DNA from: a bacterium
GTDB lineage: Bacteria; Patescibacteriota; Minisyncoccia; Phycocordibacterales; Phycocordibacteraceae
Length of the DNA: 64,000 nucleotides
Direction: 5' to 3'
Assembly (NCBI GenBank): GCA_023269085.1
Contig: JAHFML010000001.1
Coordinates: forward strand, 108,578 to 172,577
In this document: positions 18,761 to 29,900 of the stretch, in pieces
Layout of the letters: every line of letters starts with the position of its first letter
Numbering within the stretch: the first letter of the stretch is position 1
Made by a program: the position numbers and the translations under genes
The notes under the pieces: generated by a model
Database searches by the model: none
Seen by the model: the letters and a program-made list of their open reading frames with translations, nothing else
What the model was told of the DNA's origin: nothing

Positions 18761-19745
18761 AGAGCACACCACGCACCGCCGCGACAACCGCCACCGCATC
18801 GAGCCCGTAGTGCGCGAGCAATTCTTCGGGCGTGCCTGATTGGCCGAACTGATTGCGCACGCCGACGAGACGCATCGGGACCGGACATTCTTCGACGAGC
18901 ACTTCAGCCACGGCGCTCCCGAAGCCGCCCGCGGCCTGATGTTCTTCGAGCGTCACCACCCGACCAGCCCGCTTCGCTACGGCGATGACCGCTTCTCGAT
19001 CAAGCGGCTTTATCGTCGGGCAATGGAGCACGAGTGTTCTCACACCCTCGTCAGAAAGCTGCTTAGCGGCGACCAGTGCGGTGTAGCCGAGCGCGCCCGT
19101 CGAGAGAATCGCGACCTGCGGCTCGCCGTCTCGTGGCTCAAAGAGCGTGAGCGCCTTCCCTATTTCAAACGGCGTCTCGGGTGTGGTGAAGACGGGTGTC
19201 GCCGAACGACCGAAGCGAATATAAACCGGCCCATCAATCGAAGCCGCGGCCACGACTGCCTTCCGCGCTTCTTCGGCGTCGCCGGGCGCGATGACCGTCA
19301 TGTTGGGCAACATGCGCATAAGACCGATGTCTTCGAGCATCTGATGCGTCGCGCCGTCGGGCCCGACTGAGACGCCCGCGTGCATGCCGCAGACTTTCAC
19401 ATTCATCTCGGCAAGCGCGATCGTCGTGCGGATCTGCTCATAGTTGCGCCCCGGGTTGAAGGCCGCATAACTCGCGATGAAGGGCACCTTGCCCACGAGC
19501 GCCATGCCCGCGGCGAGTGCTGCCATGTTTTGCTCGGCGATACCCACCTCAATAAAGCGATCGGGGAATTCTTTTTGGAACCAGTCGGCGCGCGTGCTCT
19601 CGGCGAGGTCAGCGCAGAGGACGACGACTTGCGCATCCGCGCGCCCTGCCTCGACCGTGCCCACGCCGAAGCCGTCGCGCGTCGGCGCCTGCGTGATGTC
19701 GCTTGCAAAGAGATTCTCGACCAGATGTGCAGATTCGTTAGGCAT
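18747..19745 (-). CDS. transketolase, C-terminal (pyrimidine-binding/C-domain) subunit
   Basis: …RDGFGVGTVEAGRADAQVVVLCADLAESTR…EVGIAEQNMAALAAGMA matches the transketolase Pyr and C domains. Confidence 0.9.
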   Translation of the reverse strand: MPNESAHLVENLFASDITQAPTRDGFGVGTVEAGRADAQVVVLCADLAESTRADWFQKEFPDRFIEVGIAEQNMAALAAGMALVGKVPFIASYAAFNPGRNYEQIRTTIALAEMNVKVCGMHAGVSVGPDGATHQMLEDIGLMRMLPNMTVIAPGDAEEARKAVVAAASIDGPVYIRFGRSATPVFTTPETPFEIGKALTLFEPRDGEPQVAILSTGALGYTALVAAKQLSDEGVRTLVLHCPTIKPLDREAVIAVAKRAGRVVTLEEHQAAGGFGSAVAEVLVEECPVPMRLVGVRNQFGQSGTPEELLAHYGLDAVAVVAAVRGVLSREE

Positions 19746-20589
19746 ATTCGTGCGGGACTTTACCGCCCATCGTGCGGATCTCTGATAAAAATCGCTTCGC
19801 CTCTTCGGCGGTCGGCGGCTTGCCGTGCCAGTGATAATCGAATTCTATTTCGGGCACGCCTTTGCCGGGAATAGTGTGGGCGATGATGACGACCGGCTTC
19901 TCATAAATCGCTTTTGCTTCATCGACGGCAGTGATGAAAGCGCGGATGTCGTTGCCGTTCACCTCGAGCACGTGCCAGTTGAAGGCTTCATACTTCGCGC
20001 GGAGCGACTCGAGCGGCATAATGTCTTCGGTCATGCCGTCGATCTGGATATTGTTGCGGTCGATAACGGCGGTGAGATTGCTGAACTTCTGCTTCCCCGC
20101 CCACAAGACCGCCTCCCAGACGATACCCTCGTCCTGCTCACCGTCGCCCATGAGGCAATAGATGCGATTCTTCTTACCGTCCATACGCAGGGCATACGCC
20201 ATGCCTGCCGCCTGCGGGAGCCCCTCGCCGAGCGGCCCCGAGGTCGTCTCGAGACCGGGCAAGCGCTCTCGCTCGGGGTGGCCTTGCAAGCGGCTCCCGA
20301 ATTTGCGGAGCGTCAGACACTCGGAGATCGGGAAGTAGCCCGCATGCGCCATCGCCGCGTAGCGCACAGGCACGATGTGGCCATTGGAGAGAATGAGCCG
20401 ATCGCGCTCCTCCCATTCTGGATTCTGCGGGTCATGTCGGAGGATATGAAAATAGAATGCCGTGAAGATGTCCGCCATGCCAAGCGGCCCGGCGGTGTGT
20501 CCGCTCCCCGCGGCGACGAGCATCTCGATGATCGTCTCGCGGACTTTCTCAGCTATCTCTTCGAGACGCGTAAGGTCGGTGTCATTCAT
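19738..20589 (-). CDS. transketolase, N-terminal (TPP-binding) subunit
   Basis: AGSGHTAGPLGMADIFTAFYF…, a GDG…E TPP-binding motif and CLMGDGEQDEG. Overlaps the C-subunit gene by 8 nt. Confidence 0.9.
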   Translation of the reverse strand: MNDTDLTRLEEIAEKVRETIIEMLVAAGSGHTAGPLGMADIFTAFYFHILRHDPQNPEWEERDRLILSNGHIVPVRYAAMAHAGYFPISECLTLRKFGSRLQGHPERERLPGLETTSGPLGEGLPQAAGMAYALRMDGKKNRIYCLMGDGEQDEGIVWEAVLWAGKQKFSNLTAVIDRNNIQIDGMTEDIMPLESLRAKYEAFNWHVLEVNGNDIRAFITAVDEAKAIYEKPVVIIAHTIPGKGVPEIEFDYHWHGKPPTAEEAKRFLSEIRTMGGKVPHEYA

Positions 20590-20598
20590 ACAGAGAGC

Positions 20599-21096
20599 TT
20601 ACCACCCCGATGCTCCGGGCGTATACACCGACCATTCGATATTTGTTCCGTTGGCAACACCCGAGCGTTGCGGATCAATAAGTGAAGAAACGCTATTTGA
20701 ATTCCCCACGCAGTTGTGAAAGAGAAGCTTGTAGTTCGTGCTGTCAGAAGTGTATATATAGCAACAGAAATTATTGGCGTCATCTTCTTTAGAATCTATC
20801 GGCATCGTGCCGAGATAGGTCGGCACCAAACCAGGAATGGTAGGACTAGGCCATCCCGGACAATGGCTCTGCCAACTATTCGAGCCGCCCGTCGATGGAT
20901 ACGCACCATTATTGCTCGACGCATACAAATCGAGAGCTTGTTGAATACTCCGCAGGTTTGAGGCGCGCTGGACGTCGAGAGATTTCCCTCGTGCCACATT
21001 GAGTGAAGCGAGTACGACCGACGAGAGCAAGCCGATGATGGCGATAACAACAAGAAGCTCGACGAGGGTGAAGCCAGAGTGGGGACGCAAGCGCAT
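20599..21096 (-). CDS. type IV pilin/pseudopilin (prepilin-type N-terminal cleavage/methylation domain)
   Basis: Leader MRLRPHSG|FTLVELLVVIAIIGLLSSVVL is the class III signal. The C-terminal region is Cys-containing. Local GC is visibly lower than the flanks. Confidence 0.75.
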   Translation of the reverse strand: MRLRPHSGFTLVELLVVIAIIGLLSSVVLASLNVARGKSLDVQRASNLRSIQQALDLYASSNNGAYPSTGGSNSWQSHCPGWPSPTIPGLVPTYLGTMPIDSKEDDANNFCCYIYTSDSTNYKLLFHNCVGNSNSVSSLIDPQRSGVANGTNIEWSVYTPGASGW

Positions 21097-21115
21097 ACGG
21101 AAAATATACCACGCG

Positions 21116-21283
21116 CTACTTACGCGCGGGCGGATTAGCATTGATAAACGCCCTCTGTTCCTGTGTGAGATGTGAAGATGGCGTAATGAGCACTGGGATG
21201 ACGAATGCGAGTACTACGGCAACTGCCGCGATACCGACAAGTACGATATTCACTCCCCGTTCGGTCGATGCGGCACCCGTCAT
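21116..21283 (-). CDS. hypothetical small membrane protein
   Basis: A single TM segment (IVLVGIAAVAVVLAFVIPVLI) downstream of the pilin. The short ORF has weak support. Confidence 0.25.
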   Translation of the reverse strand: MTGAASTERGVNIVLVGIAAVAVVLAFVIPVLITPSSHLTQEQRAFINANPPARK

Positions 21284-21392
21284 GAATACGATCCTGGTAA
21301 GGAGCGACTGCCGGGCTTCGCGCGGTCTGCGGACATACTCCGGTTCTTCAGAAAAAGAAATCTGCACCATATTTACTATTTAGTATACCCGA

Positions 21393-22130
21393 TCATTCGG
21401 CAATGCTTATGAAGCTGTCCTGCACATCTTCAAACTTCCTGAACTCCGCGCTCGGGTTCGCGGCGCCGGTTATCCTCGAGCCGACTATGAGATCGGAGAC
21501 TCCTGCCGAGAGGAGTTCCTTGGCCGTCTCTTGCGATACGCCACCATCGACCTGGATCGGGAGATGCGGATGTTTCGAATGGAATGCCTTAATCTTGTTC
21601 AACACGCGCGGATCGAAGGGCTGGCCTTGACGCCCGATGCGCGTGATGCCCATGAACTGGATATATGCTACGTCGTCTGCCAGAGATTCGACGAATGCGA
21701 GATCGGTTTCGATATTGAGCGCGAGACCGATCGTTATCAGATCGGACGCTATCCCAGCACTTCCGAAGTGAGCGTGCGCCCCCGCGAGAAGTCGTACCGG
21801 ATCGGCGGCGCTCTCGATATGGAAGGTGAGGCGCGATGCACCGAGCGCGACCCACGCCTCGGCCGCGCGCTCGGGGTTCAGGCACATGAGATCAATCTCG
21901 TACGCGACCTGATCGAGTGCAGGCAACAAGTCACCGCGCGCAATCCTGATCGCGAGCTCGTGTGGTGCGGTAAATGGCCACGAGGCTGGACTCGCGAAGT
22001 GGCCATCGACAACATCGATCTGTATGCGTCGCACGAGCGGCACGTGGGTGAGCACAGCAATCTCGCGTTCGAACTCCTCCCGCGACGCGGGCAGAATTGC
22101 AGGAACGATGAAATGTCTCATGTTGATCAA
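21393..22130 (-). CDS. rpe: ribulose-phosphate 3-epimerase
   Basis: IVPAILPA…IQIDVVDGHF…, a TIM-barrel pattern with C-terminal VDGGV…GSRI. Confidence 0.8.
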   Translation of the reverse strand: MINMRHFIVPAILPASREEFEREIAVLTHVPLVRRIQIDVVDGHFASPASWPFTAPHELAIRIARGDLLPALDQVAYEIDLMCLNPERAAEAWVALGASRLTFHIESAADPVRLLAGAHAHFGSAGIASDLITIGLALNIETDLAFVESLADDVAYIQFMGITRIGRQGQPFDPRVLNKIKAFHSKHPHLPIQVDGGVSQETAKELLSAGVSDLIVGSRITGAANPSAEFRKFEDVQDSFISIAE

Positions 22131-22625
22131 CTAGAACTTCCCGAGCCGTCGCACATGCCGCTCGGCGCGCGAGAACGGCGTATCGATGAACTTCTGGAGC
22201 GCCACGCGCGCCGTGTCGAGAGAGACGAAGCGCGCGCCGAGCGCGAGAACGTTTGCGTCATTGTGCTCACGCACCGAGGCTATCATGGTGAGTGATTCAC
22301 CCGACGCGTCGGTCTGCTCGTGTGCCGGCTCGCCATAGAAGACGGCTGCGCGGACGCCCAGTACCCGATTAGCGCACATCGCTTCGCCTTGGCCGGAGGC
22401 GCCGATGATAATACCGAAGGCATGCGCGGCGGCAGAGCCGCCGCGGGCATTCTCTTCAGCAACCCTCTTCGCGCACGGCGTCACGAAGTCCGGATAATCA
22501 TCATCCTGGTCGAGCCCTTGCGCGCCACTATCCTCGACCTCATAGCCGCGATGCCGCGCATAGTCGACGAGCGCTTCTTTGAGTTCGAAACCAGCGTGAT
22601 CAGAAGCGAAGTAGAGCTTCGGCAT
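22131..22625 (-). CDS. rpiB: ribose-5-phosphate isomerase B
   Basis: MPKLYFASDHAGFELKEAL… and GIIIGASGQGEAMCANR (RpiB/LacAB active-site region). Confidence 0.85.
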   Translation of the reverse strand: MPKLYFASDHAGFELKEALVDYARHRGYEVEDSGAQGLDQDDDYPDFVTPCAKRVAEENARGGSAAAHAFGIIIGASGQGEAMCANRVLGVRAAVFYGEPAHEQTDASGESLTMIASVREHNDANVLALGARFVSLDTARVALQKFIDTPFSRAERHVRRLGKF

Positions 22626-22628
22626 ATC

Positions 22629-23636
22629 CTATACTGCCGCGGCGGCGATCACATGACGCACGAGCGCCTCGGTGTACCCCATCTCGTTGTCATACCACGC
22701 GAGCACCTTCACGAGGGTGCCATCGACGACACGCGTCATGCCGAGGTCAGCGATTGAGGCGAAGGGTTGCCCGACGATGTCGCTGCTAACGAGCTCGTCG
22801 TCGGTCGCCGAGAAGATACCCGCCCAACGCGGTGCCGCGGCGGCGCCGCGCAGTATTTCATTTACCTCCTCTGCTGTCGTCGGCCGCTTCGCGATGAAGG
22901 TGATGTCGGCGATCGATCCGGCCGGCACCGGCACGCGCAGGCTGATGCCGTCGAACTTGCCCGCGAGCGCCGGGTACGCCTGCGTCACCGCGATAGCCGC
23001 ACCGGTGCTGGTCGGCACGATGTTCTGCGCGGCCGCCCTGCCCTCCTTCATGTCCTTCTTCGCCGGCCCATCGACCAGTGATTGGCTCGCGGTGTAGGCG
23101 TGCGTGGTCGAGAGGACCGCTTTTTCGATACCAATGGCTTCATCGAGGATAGCGATAACGGGCGACGCCGAGTTGGTCGTGCAGGAGGCGTTGCTCGTCA
23201 CTGCGTGCCCAGCGAGCCGTTCGTCGTTCAGCCCCATGAGCACCGTCGCGCCGATTGACTCATCGCCCTTCGCCGGTGCGCTTATCACGACCCTTCGAGC
23301 GCCCGCGGTGATATGCGCACCTGCCTTCTCATAGTCGGTGAAGAAGCCGGTCGACTCGACGACGACATCGACCTCGAGCTCCTTCCAGGGCAAGTTCGCC
23401 GGATCCTTCTCTGAAACGAAACGTGCCTCCTTCCCGTCGATGATCAAGTTCCCGTCTCTCGTCTCGACCGAGAAGGGCGCACGACCGTAGACCGTGTCAT
23501 ATTTGAGCAAGTACGCGAGATTCTCGAGCGAGCCCAAGTCATTCACCGCGACAATATCAATATCTCTCCCATAGGAGCGGCGCACGAAGGCGCGCCCGAT
23601 GCGCCCGAACCCATTAATAGCAACGCGGATGGCCAT
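22629..23636 (-). CDS. gap: glyceraldehyde-3-phosphate dehydrogenase, type I
   Basis: INGFGRIGR Rossmann motif and the ASCTTN catalytic Cys motif. Confidence 0.95.
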   Translation of the reverse strand: MAIRVAINGFGRIGRAFVRRSYGRDIDIVAVNDLGSLENLAYLLKYDTVYGRAPFSVETRDGNLIIDGKEARFVSEKDPANLPWKELEVDVVVESTGFFTDYEKAGAHITAGARRVVISAPAKGDESIGATVLMGLNDERLAGHAVTSNASCTTNSASPVIAILDEAIGIEKAVLSTTHAYTASQSLVDGPAKKDMKEGRAAAQNIVPTSTGAAIAVTQAYPALAGKFDGISLRVPVPAGSIADITFIAKRPTTAEEVNEILRGAAAAPRWAGIFSATDDELVSSDIVGQPFASIADLGMTRVVDGTLVKVLAWYDNEMGYTEALVRHVIAAAAV

Positions 23637-23652
23637 GTTTTATATATTAATT

Positions 23653-23898
23653 CTAATTTGATAAGACTGCCACGGAACGGTACAAGTCAAGCTGGCCTTT
23701 TTCAAGATGAAGAAGGCGGTCGTTCACCTCTATAAGATCGCCGTCTATATCGCTCAGTCTCGCGTGCACCTTCTTAAATTCCGCATGCACCTCACCGAAC
23801 TGTTCCTGCATATCCTGTCGCATCTCTCCGAACCCTTCTGCCATCAGGCGTGCGAGCATCTCGGTGTCAGTCTCTTTTTTAGCAGAAGCTTCTTTCAT
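23653..23898 (-). CDS. hypothetical small coiled-coil protein
   Basis: Short acidic/helical ORF directly downstream of the giant gene on the same strand. Confidence 0.3.
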   Translation of the reverse strand: MKEASAKKETDTEMLARLMAEGFGEMRQDMQEQFGEVHAEFKKVHARLSDIDGDLIEVNDRLLHLEKGQLDLYRSVAVLSN

Positions 23899-23966
23899 AC
23901 GGATATCATACTGCCCTCGCGGTCGGTGGGCAATCTTCTGGGCGTTCACAACGCACCCTCATAGCG

Positions 23967-26900
23967 TTATGTCGCCGGCGTGGCCGTCGCATCGACGGGA
24001 GTTGGCGCTACGGGAGAGGACGGCGGCGCGATGACCGTCACTACGCGCGATGCCGAGCCGACATTCCCCGCCGCGTCCGTCGCCGAGTAGGTCAGCGTGG
24101 TGAGGCCGATGGCCGCGGTATCGACCGCGCCAGTCTCGACGATCTTCGCGGTGAGATTGCCGTCAACATTATCGAGCGCCGTCGCGCCAGGGTCGGTGAA
24201 GGTATCACCTTGCGTCAGCTGTATCGCCGCCGCGCCGTTCAAGATGACGACCGGCGATGTCGTGTCGCCCTGCGGTGAGCCGGTCGAACCCGTCGAGGCC
24301 GGCGTCGATGATGCGGTGCCACTCGTCGCTGATACGCCGCTCGCTCCGCTCGCGGCGCCCCCTTGCGGCGTGCTCGACGCGACTGGCGCTATAACCACGG
24401 GCGCGGGCGCGCTCGCCGAGGTGCCGAGCGTGTTCGGCGTCGAGGTCGCCAATTGCCCCTCTGTCTGCACCAAGAAGTAATCGAAGGAGACATCAATCGT
24501 CTGCGGTGCCGAGAGCACGACGCGGAAGGATCCTGCCGTCTTATCAGCGACCCACCAGCTCCCGCTAATTTGTGAATTGAAGGTGACGAAGACTTTGGTC
24601 GACGGGAGAACGAGCGAGTTCTGCACCTGAGCGACGGTGTTGCCGGTGATGATGCTCACGCTCCCGGCGCTACTCGTACCGTCGGCGTCCTTCGAGGCGA
24701 CGATCTGACGGAAGACGAGCGTGTTGAACTGCGCGATGCCCTTCTCTATCAAGACGCCGAAGCCCTGCAAAGCACTCGCGAGCGAGGTCGTCCCGAGGGC
24801 GAGCGGCGACGCGCTCGCGACACTGACCGCTCCGCTCTCGAGCTTCGCGACGCGCGCCTCAAGCGAGGTGAGTCGCGTCCCTTGGGCATCAATTTTCCCT
24901 GCGAGCAACGAGACATTCGCCACCGCATAGGTCGCGAGCTTGTAGAGATCAACTTGCCGACCGTCGGCGGTCAAGACGGCGAGCGGTGTCGAGGTCGCGC
25001 CAGCAGGCACGTCGAGCTTCGCGTCGAGCTGTTGGATAGCCTTGGTCAACACCGACGTGAAGTTCGCATAGACGAAGCCGTTCGGATTCCCCTGCTCATC
25101 GCGCGTCACGAGCCTTGAATCCACGAGCGCCGCCTGCTCGGCGATGAAGCCAAGCTGAGTCGTCGCGCCATTGTCGCCATAGCCCTTGATGAAGGTGAAG
25201 GAGACCGGCTTCAAGGCGAGCACCTCATCGAGACCAGAGACCGAGGAGAGCGGCACGATGTTGGTCTTGAACTTCTCCGACGAGAGCGTACAGGTCGTCC
25301 CCGCCTCAATCTCATGCGTCACCGTGTTCCAGCAGAGGTAGTCGCCGGTGGTCGAGACCGTCGGCGAATCGATCGCCATGCTCCCTGCGACCGAGAGCTT
25401 ACGCCACGGGCTGGTGGTGCCGATGCCGATATTCCCCGTACTCACCGTCGCACCTGTCCCGCTCAACCCTGTCCCATATATCATGTTCCCGATATTGAGT
25501 TGGTTGCTTGCGGTCGCGCTCGGCACAGCGACGTCATTGCCGATGCTGATGTTGTTCGAGCCGGTCGTTACCTGATTCTGCGAGGCGGCGATAACGCTGT
25601 TGCCGAGGAAGGTGTTGCGGGCACCTGAGGTGATGCTGTAGCCCGATAGGTAGCCAACAAGGGTGTTGTAGTTGGAGTTGGTCTGGGCGGAGTAGCCCGC
25701 TTGGTAGCCGAGGTAGGTGCCGCCTTGGTTGGAGTAGGCGGCGGTGCCGCCGCCGGCGTTATAACCGACAGCGACCGAGGAGGAGGCGGAAGTATTGTAG
25801 CGAAGAGCAAATGAGCCGACAGCCGTGTTGAATGAGCCGGTGATGTTGGTGTTGAGCACCGAACGGCCGAGAGCTGTGTTGGAGTTGCCTGTTGTCAACA
25901 CCGGCAAAGTGAAAGCACCAAGTACTGTGTTGCTGTTGCCGGTTCTGTTAACATTCAAAGCATTCACGCCAACCGCTGTGTTTGTTGATGCTGTTCCGTT
26001 CGTCGGTGTCGTACCGAGCGCCCCCTGCCCGATTGCAATGTCGTAGAAGAGCGTCGAGGTTGCGCGCATCCAACCGGCGGCGCCGGTAGTGCCGAGGGCG
26101 AGTGAGAAGTTCGTCGTCGAAGCGTAGAGGACAGTATTCCCTGCTTGTTTGAAGCCTGAGTATTGGTCGGTGTTCACATAGCCGGCGACGTCGAGCTTGT
26201 AGGCAGGGGCGGTGAGGCCGATGCCGATATTCCCCGTACTCACCGTCGCACCTGTCCCGCTCAACCCTGTCCCATATATCATGTTCCCGATATTGAGTTG
26301 GTTGCTTGCGGTCGCGCTCGGAACAGCGACGTCATTGCCGATGCTGATGTTGTTCGAGCCGGTCGTTACCTGATTCTGCGAGGCGGCGATAGTGCTGTTG
26401 CCGAGGAAGGTGTTGCGGGCACCTGAGGTGATGCTAAAGCCCGATTGGTAGCCAACAAGGGTGTTGTAGTTGCTGCCGGTGGCAAGAACATAGCCGGATT
26501 GGAAGCCGACATAGGTGCCGCCCGTGTTGGAGTAGGCGGCGGTGCCTTGACCTGCCTGATGACCGATGGCGACTGAGGAGGTGGCGGAAGTATTGTAGCG
26601 AAGAGCAAAGTAACCGAATGCGGAGTTGTTGTTGCCAGTAATGTTCGAGTAGAGAGCGTTGTTACCATACGCAGAGTTACTGTTCCCTGTCGTGTTAAAG
26701 CGGAGTGTGTTGAATCCAAAAGCGCTATTCGTATTTCCAGTCGTATTGAGTGCGAGTGCTCCATATCCGAAAGCGTTATTTATCTTCCCGCTCGTGTTTG
26801 CACCCAAAGCACTGAACCCCACAGCGACATTGAACTGAGAGAGACCATTCGTCGGCACTGTCTGCAAAGCCCCCTGTCCAATCGCCACGTCGTAGAAGAG

Positions 26901-29900
26901 GGTTGAGGTCGCCCGCATCCAGTTAGCGGCAGAGGAGGCGCCAATGGCAAGAGATGAGTTCGTCGTCGATGCATACAAGACCGTGTTGCCTGCTTGCTTG
27001 AAGCCACTGTATTGGTCGGTGTTCACGTAGCCCGCGACGTCGAGCTTCTGGGTTGGCGAAGTTCCCACTCCCACATTCCCATTCGCCAAGATGTTGAGTG
27101 ACCCGATGGTGGAGGAAGCAGAGGCGATGATGCCGTTGGTGAAGCCGATGGTAGTGGAGGTGGAGACGCCCCACGCAGTCGGAGTGAAGGGCCAGGCGAA
27201 GGAGTCTTTGGTATTGAACGTATTCCAGTCCGTACTCGAGAGCCAGCCGTTCGTGCTGGTGTTCGCTTGGGTCATGGCGACGGTGTTGGCAGAGATGGTG
27301 AGCGGGAGGGTGGCAGAGACGATACGCGAGGTGTAGGCGGTGTTGAAGTGCGACCAATCTGCTTGGGCGAGGTAGCCGTCGGTGGTGCCGTTTGATTGGG
27401 CGATGGTGAGCGGTGAGCCGCTAGTGCCGTTGCCGGTCAAGGGTGCGGAGACGGCGACCGCAGTGAGAGCATTGGCGGCGACGCAGACACCGTTGATCGC
27501 ATAGCAACCCTTCTTCAAGTTGATGCCGTAGCCGAAGGTGGAAGTGGCGACATTTGAGATGTTGATGGTGTTAGCACCCGTGTTGCCGAGGGAGAGGAGT
27601 GAGCCCGGGGTGGTGGTGCCGATGCCGAGAAGACCAGTTGAAACGAGCGACATAAGTTCTGAATATCCGCCAGCGTTATAGTCATACCCCCAGAGCATTC
27701 TGGCGGTACCAGGGTTCCCTGATACCGGGAGCACTTCATTCTTGAAGTTTACCGTGCGCGAGGCCGCCGCGCCGGTATCCCACACCGTGCCGCTCAGGCG
27801 GAGACGAGGCGACATTTGTACCGTAGCTCCGGCTGTTGCCGCGGTGGTATTCGTCAGGATGATTCCATCTGTCGAGACTGCCGCAAGTGCTGTCCGTGTA
27901 TTGGTAAGTGTATTAGTCATCGCAAGACTAGAAATACTAGAAAGTGCCCCTCCGGATGTCAAAGTGAAGCGAGTAGTATATGCACCCCCGTTCACTCCAG
28001 AAGCAAAAATGAGATTGGATGTTGGATTTGCAGATCCTTGTACCGGAAGTGCATACATCTGCCAGTCGGTCCTTTGGCTCGCAACTGGGGTTGTCGCCCA
28101 TCCTTGTCCAGTGAATCGAAGAGAAGGGCTTATCTGTTGCGCTCCTGCTGAAGCCGCCGTCATGTTTTCAATAGCAAGACCAGAAGAGTTCGTTTGTATA
28201 ACTCCTAGAGCATTGGCGGCGACGGTAAGAAGCGAAGATGGCATCGGCGTTCCAACACCGACATAGCCATTCTTGTCGACCACAAAGCTCGTCTTGGTCG
28301 AAGAGCCGATGGCGAAAGAAAGCCGGCCGGCGGGTGCGTTCACCGAGAGCGTCGCCCAGGGGGTGGTGGTGCCGATGCCAAGGCGATCGTCTGCGGTCAA
28401 GACTGAGGAGAGCGCGCCTGAGGTGTTGTAGATGTCGATGATATGCGCCGTCTGGCTCGCCGAAGGGACGAGCGCGAGCGTCGTGGTCGCGACCGAGCCC
28501 GAGATCACCGCGAACTTCGCATAGAGCGTCGAGGTCGCGCCGACCGCGACGAGATAGGTCGAGGTAGCGAGCGAGACAGTGTGCTTGGTCGCATCGCTTG
28601 CCCAGCCACCGCCGACCGATGCGCCCGAGGTGTTGATCAGGCCGCAGGAGACATTCCCCGAGCCGTCGGTCTGGAGCGCCTGCGTGCCGGTACAAGAGGT
28701 GATGCTAGAGAGCGCGAGCGAGTTGGTGAATCGCGCCGTGCCTGCGACGTCGAGCTTATAGGCTGGCGCGGCCGTGCCGATACCGACATTGCCGGCGATA
28801 TACGAGATGTCCGCGCCTGAGGTCGCCCACGGCGATGAGACTTTGCTGTTGAAGATATTCCAATCGGTCGATGAGAGATATCCGTTCGCCGTGCTCGAGG
28901 CCTGCGCGAGCGAGAGCACATTGCCGGCGAAGGAGAGCGGGGCCGTCGCTAAGGTGATGCGTGAGGCATAGGCGGTGTCCCAGTTCGCACTATTGGCGTT
29001 CCAACCGGCGTAAGCAGAATTCCAATTGGTAGAATTGGCGGCGACGGTATCGTAGGAGCCATTCCAGTTCGTCGTTGAGGCGATGAGCGGAATTATGTAG
29101 CCGCTCGCGATCGAGAAGGCGCCCGTGCCTGAGTTGTAGGAGAGCGGGCCAGAGGTAGAGAGCGCCGCGCGCGCACGAGCGTCGGTGTAGTAGAGGTTCG
29201 CGCCTTCCGCGAGATTGGTCGTCGACTTGTTCGTGAGCCAATAATTGGTCGAGGTTGTCGAGAAGAAGAAGTCCTTGTTGAAGAGGCCGAGTGTAGTCGT
29301 CGAGAGGCGACTATTAAAATCGTTCCAATCGATACTGGAGAGGAAGCCGTTCGACGAGTTCCCTGCCTGCGCGATCGAGAAGGCGCCCGCGCCTGAGTTG
29401 TAGGCGAGCGGGCCAGAGGTAGAGAGCGCCGCGCGCGCACGAGCGTCGGTGTAGTAGAGGTTCGTGTTCCCCTCCTTAAGCCCATCGGTCGTCGTGGCAT
29501 ACCAATTCGCGAGAGAGAGCTTCGCGTTGAGCGCACTCTGGAGATCGGTCTGATTCGCGAGGACCCCGGTGATGTTCCCCCAGACGGCGCTCGTGATGCC
29601 GAGCGACGAGGTGGCGACCGCAACGAGTTTGCCGTTCGCGTTCGTGCCGAGAAGCGGCGCATTCGCGAGGCCAGAAAGCCACGTCGACCCCGAGACGGTG
29701 AGCGCCGTTGTTGATGCATAGGGGAAGACAGAAGCGAGCGACGAAGTGGCAACGAAGTGTCCGGAGGTTATCTGGCCGGCATTGCTAAATGAAGAGAGAT
29801 AGCTGGCGATGTCGGTCGAGCCGATGAAGAGATTGTCGAACTTGCCGGTTGTCGCCGAGACGAGACCGCCGCCGGTGAGGCTCCCCCCGCGGAAGTCGCC

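Noticed and set aside
29093-29752. Arg/Ser/Pro-rich ORFs inside the giant gene on other frames, and the similar 24097..24480 and 28168..28695
   Set aside because: Frame artefacts of a GC-rich repetitive gene. The long frame is continuous and domain-bearing.
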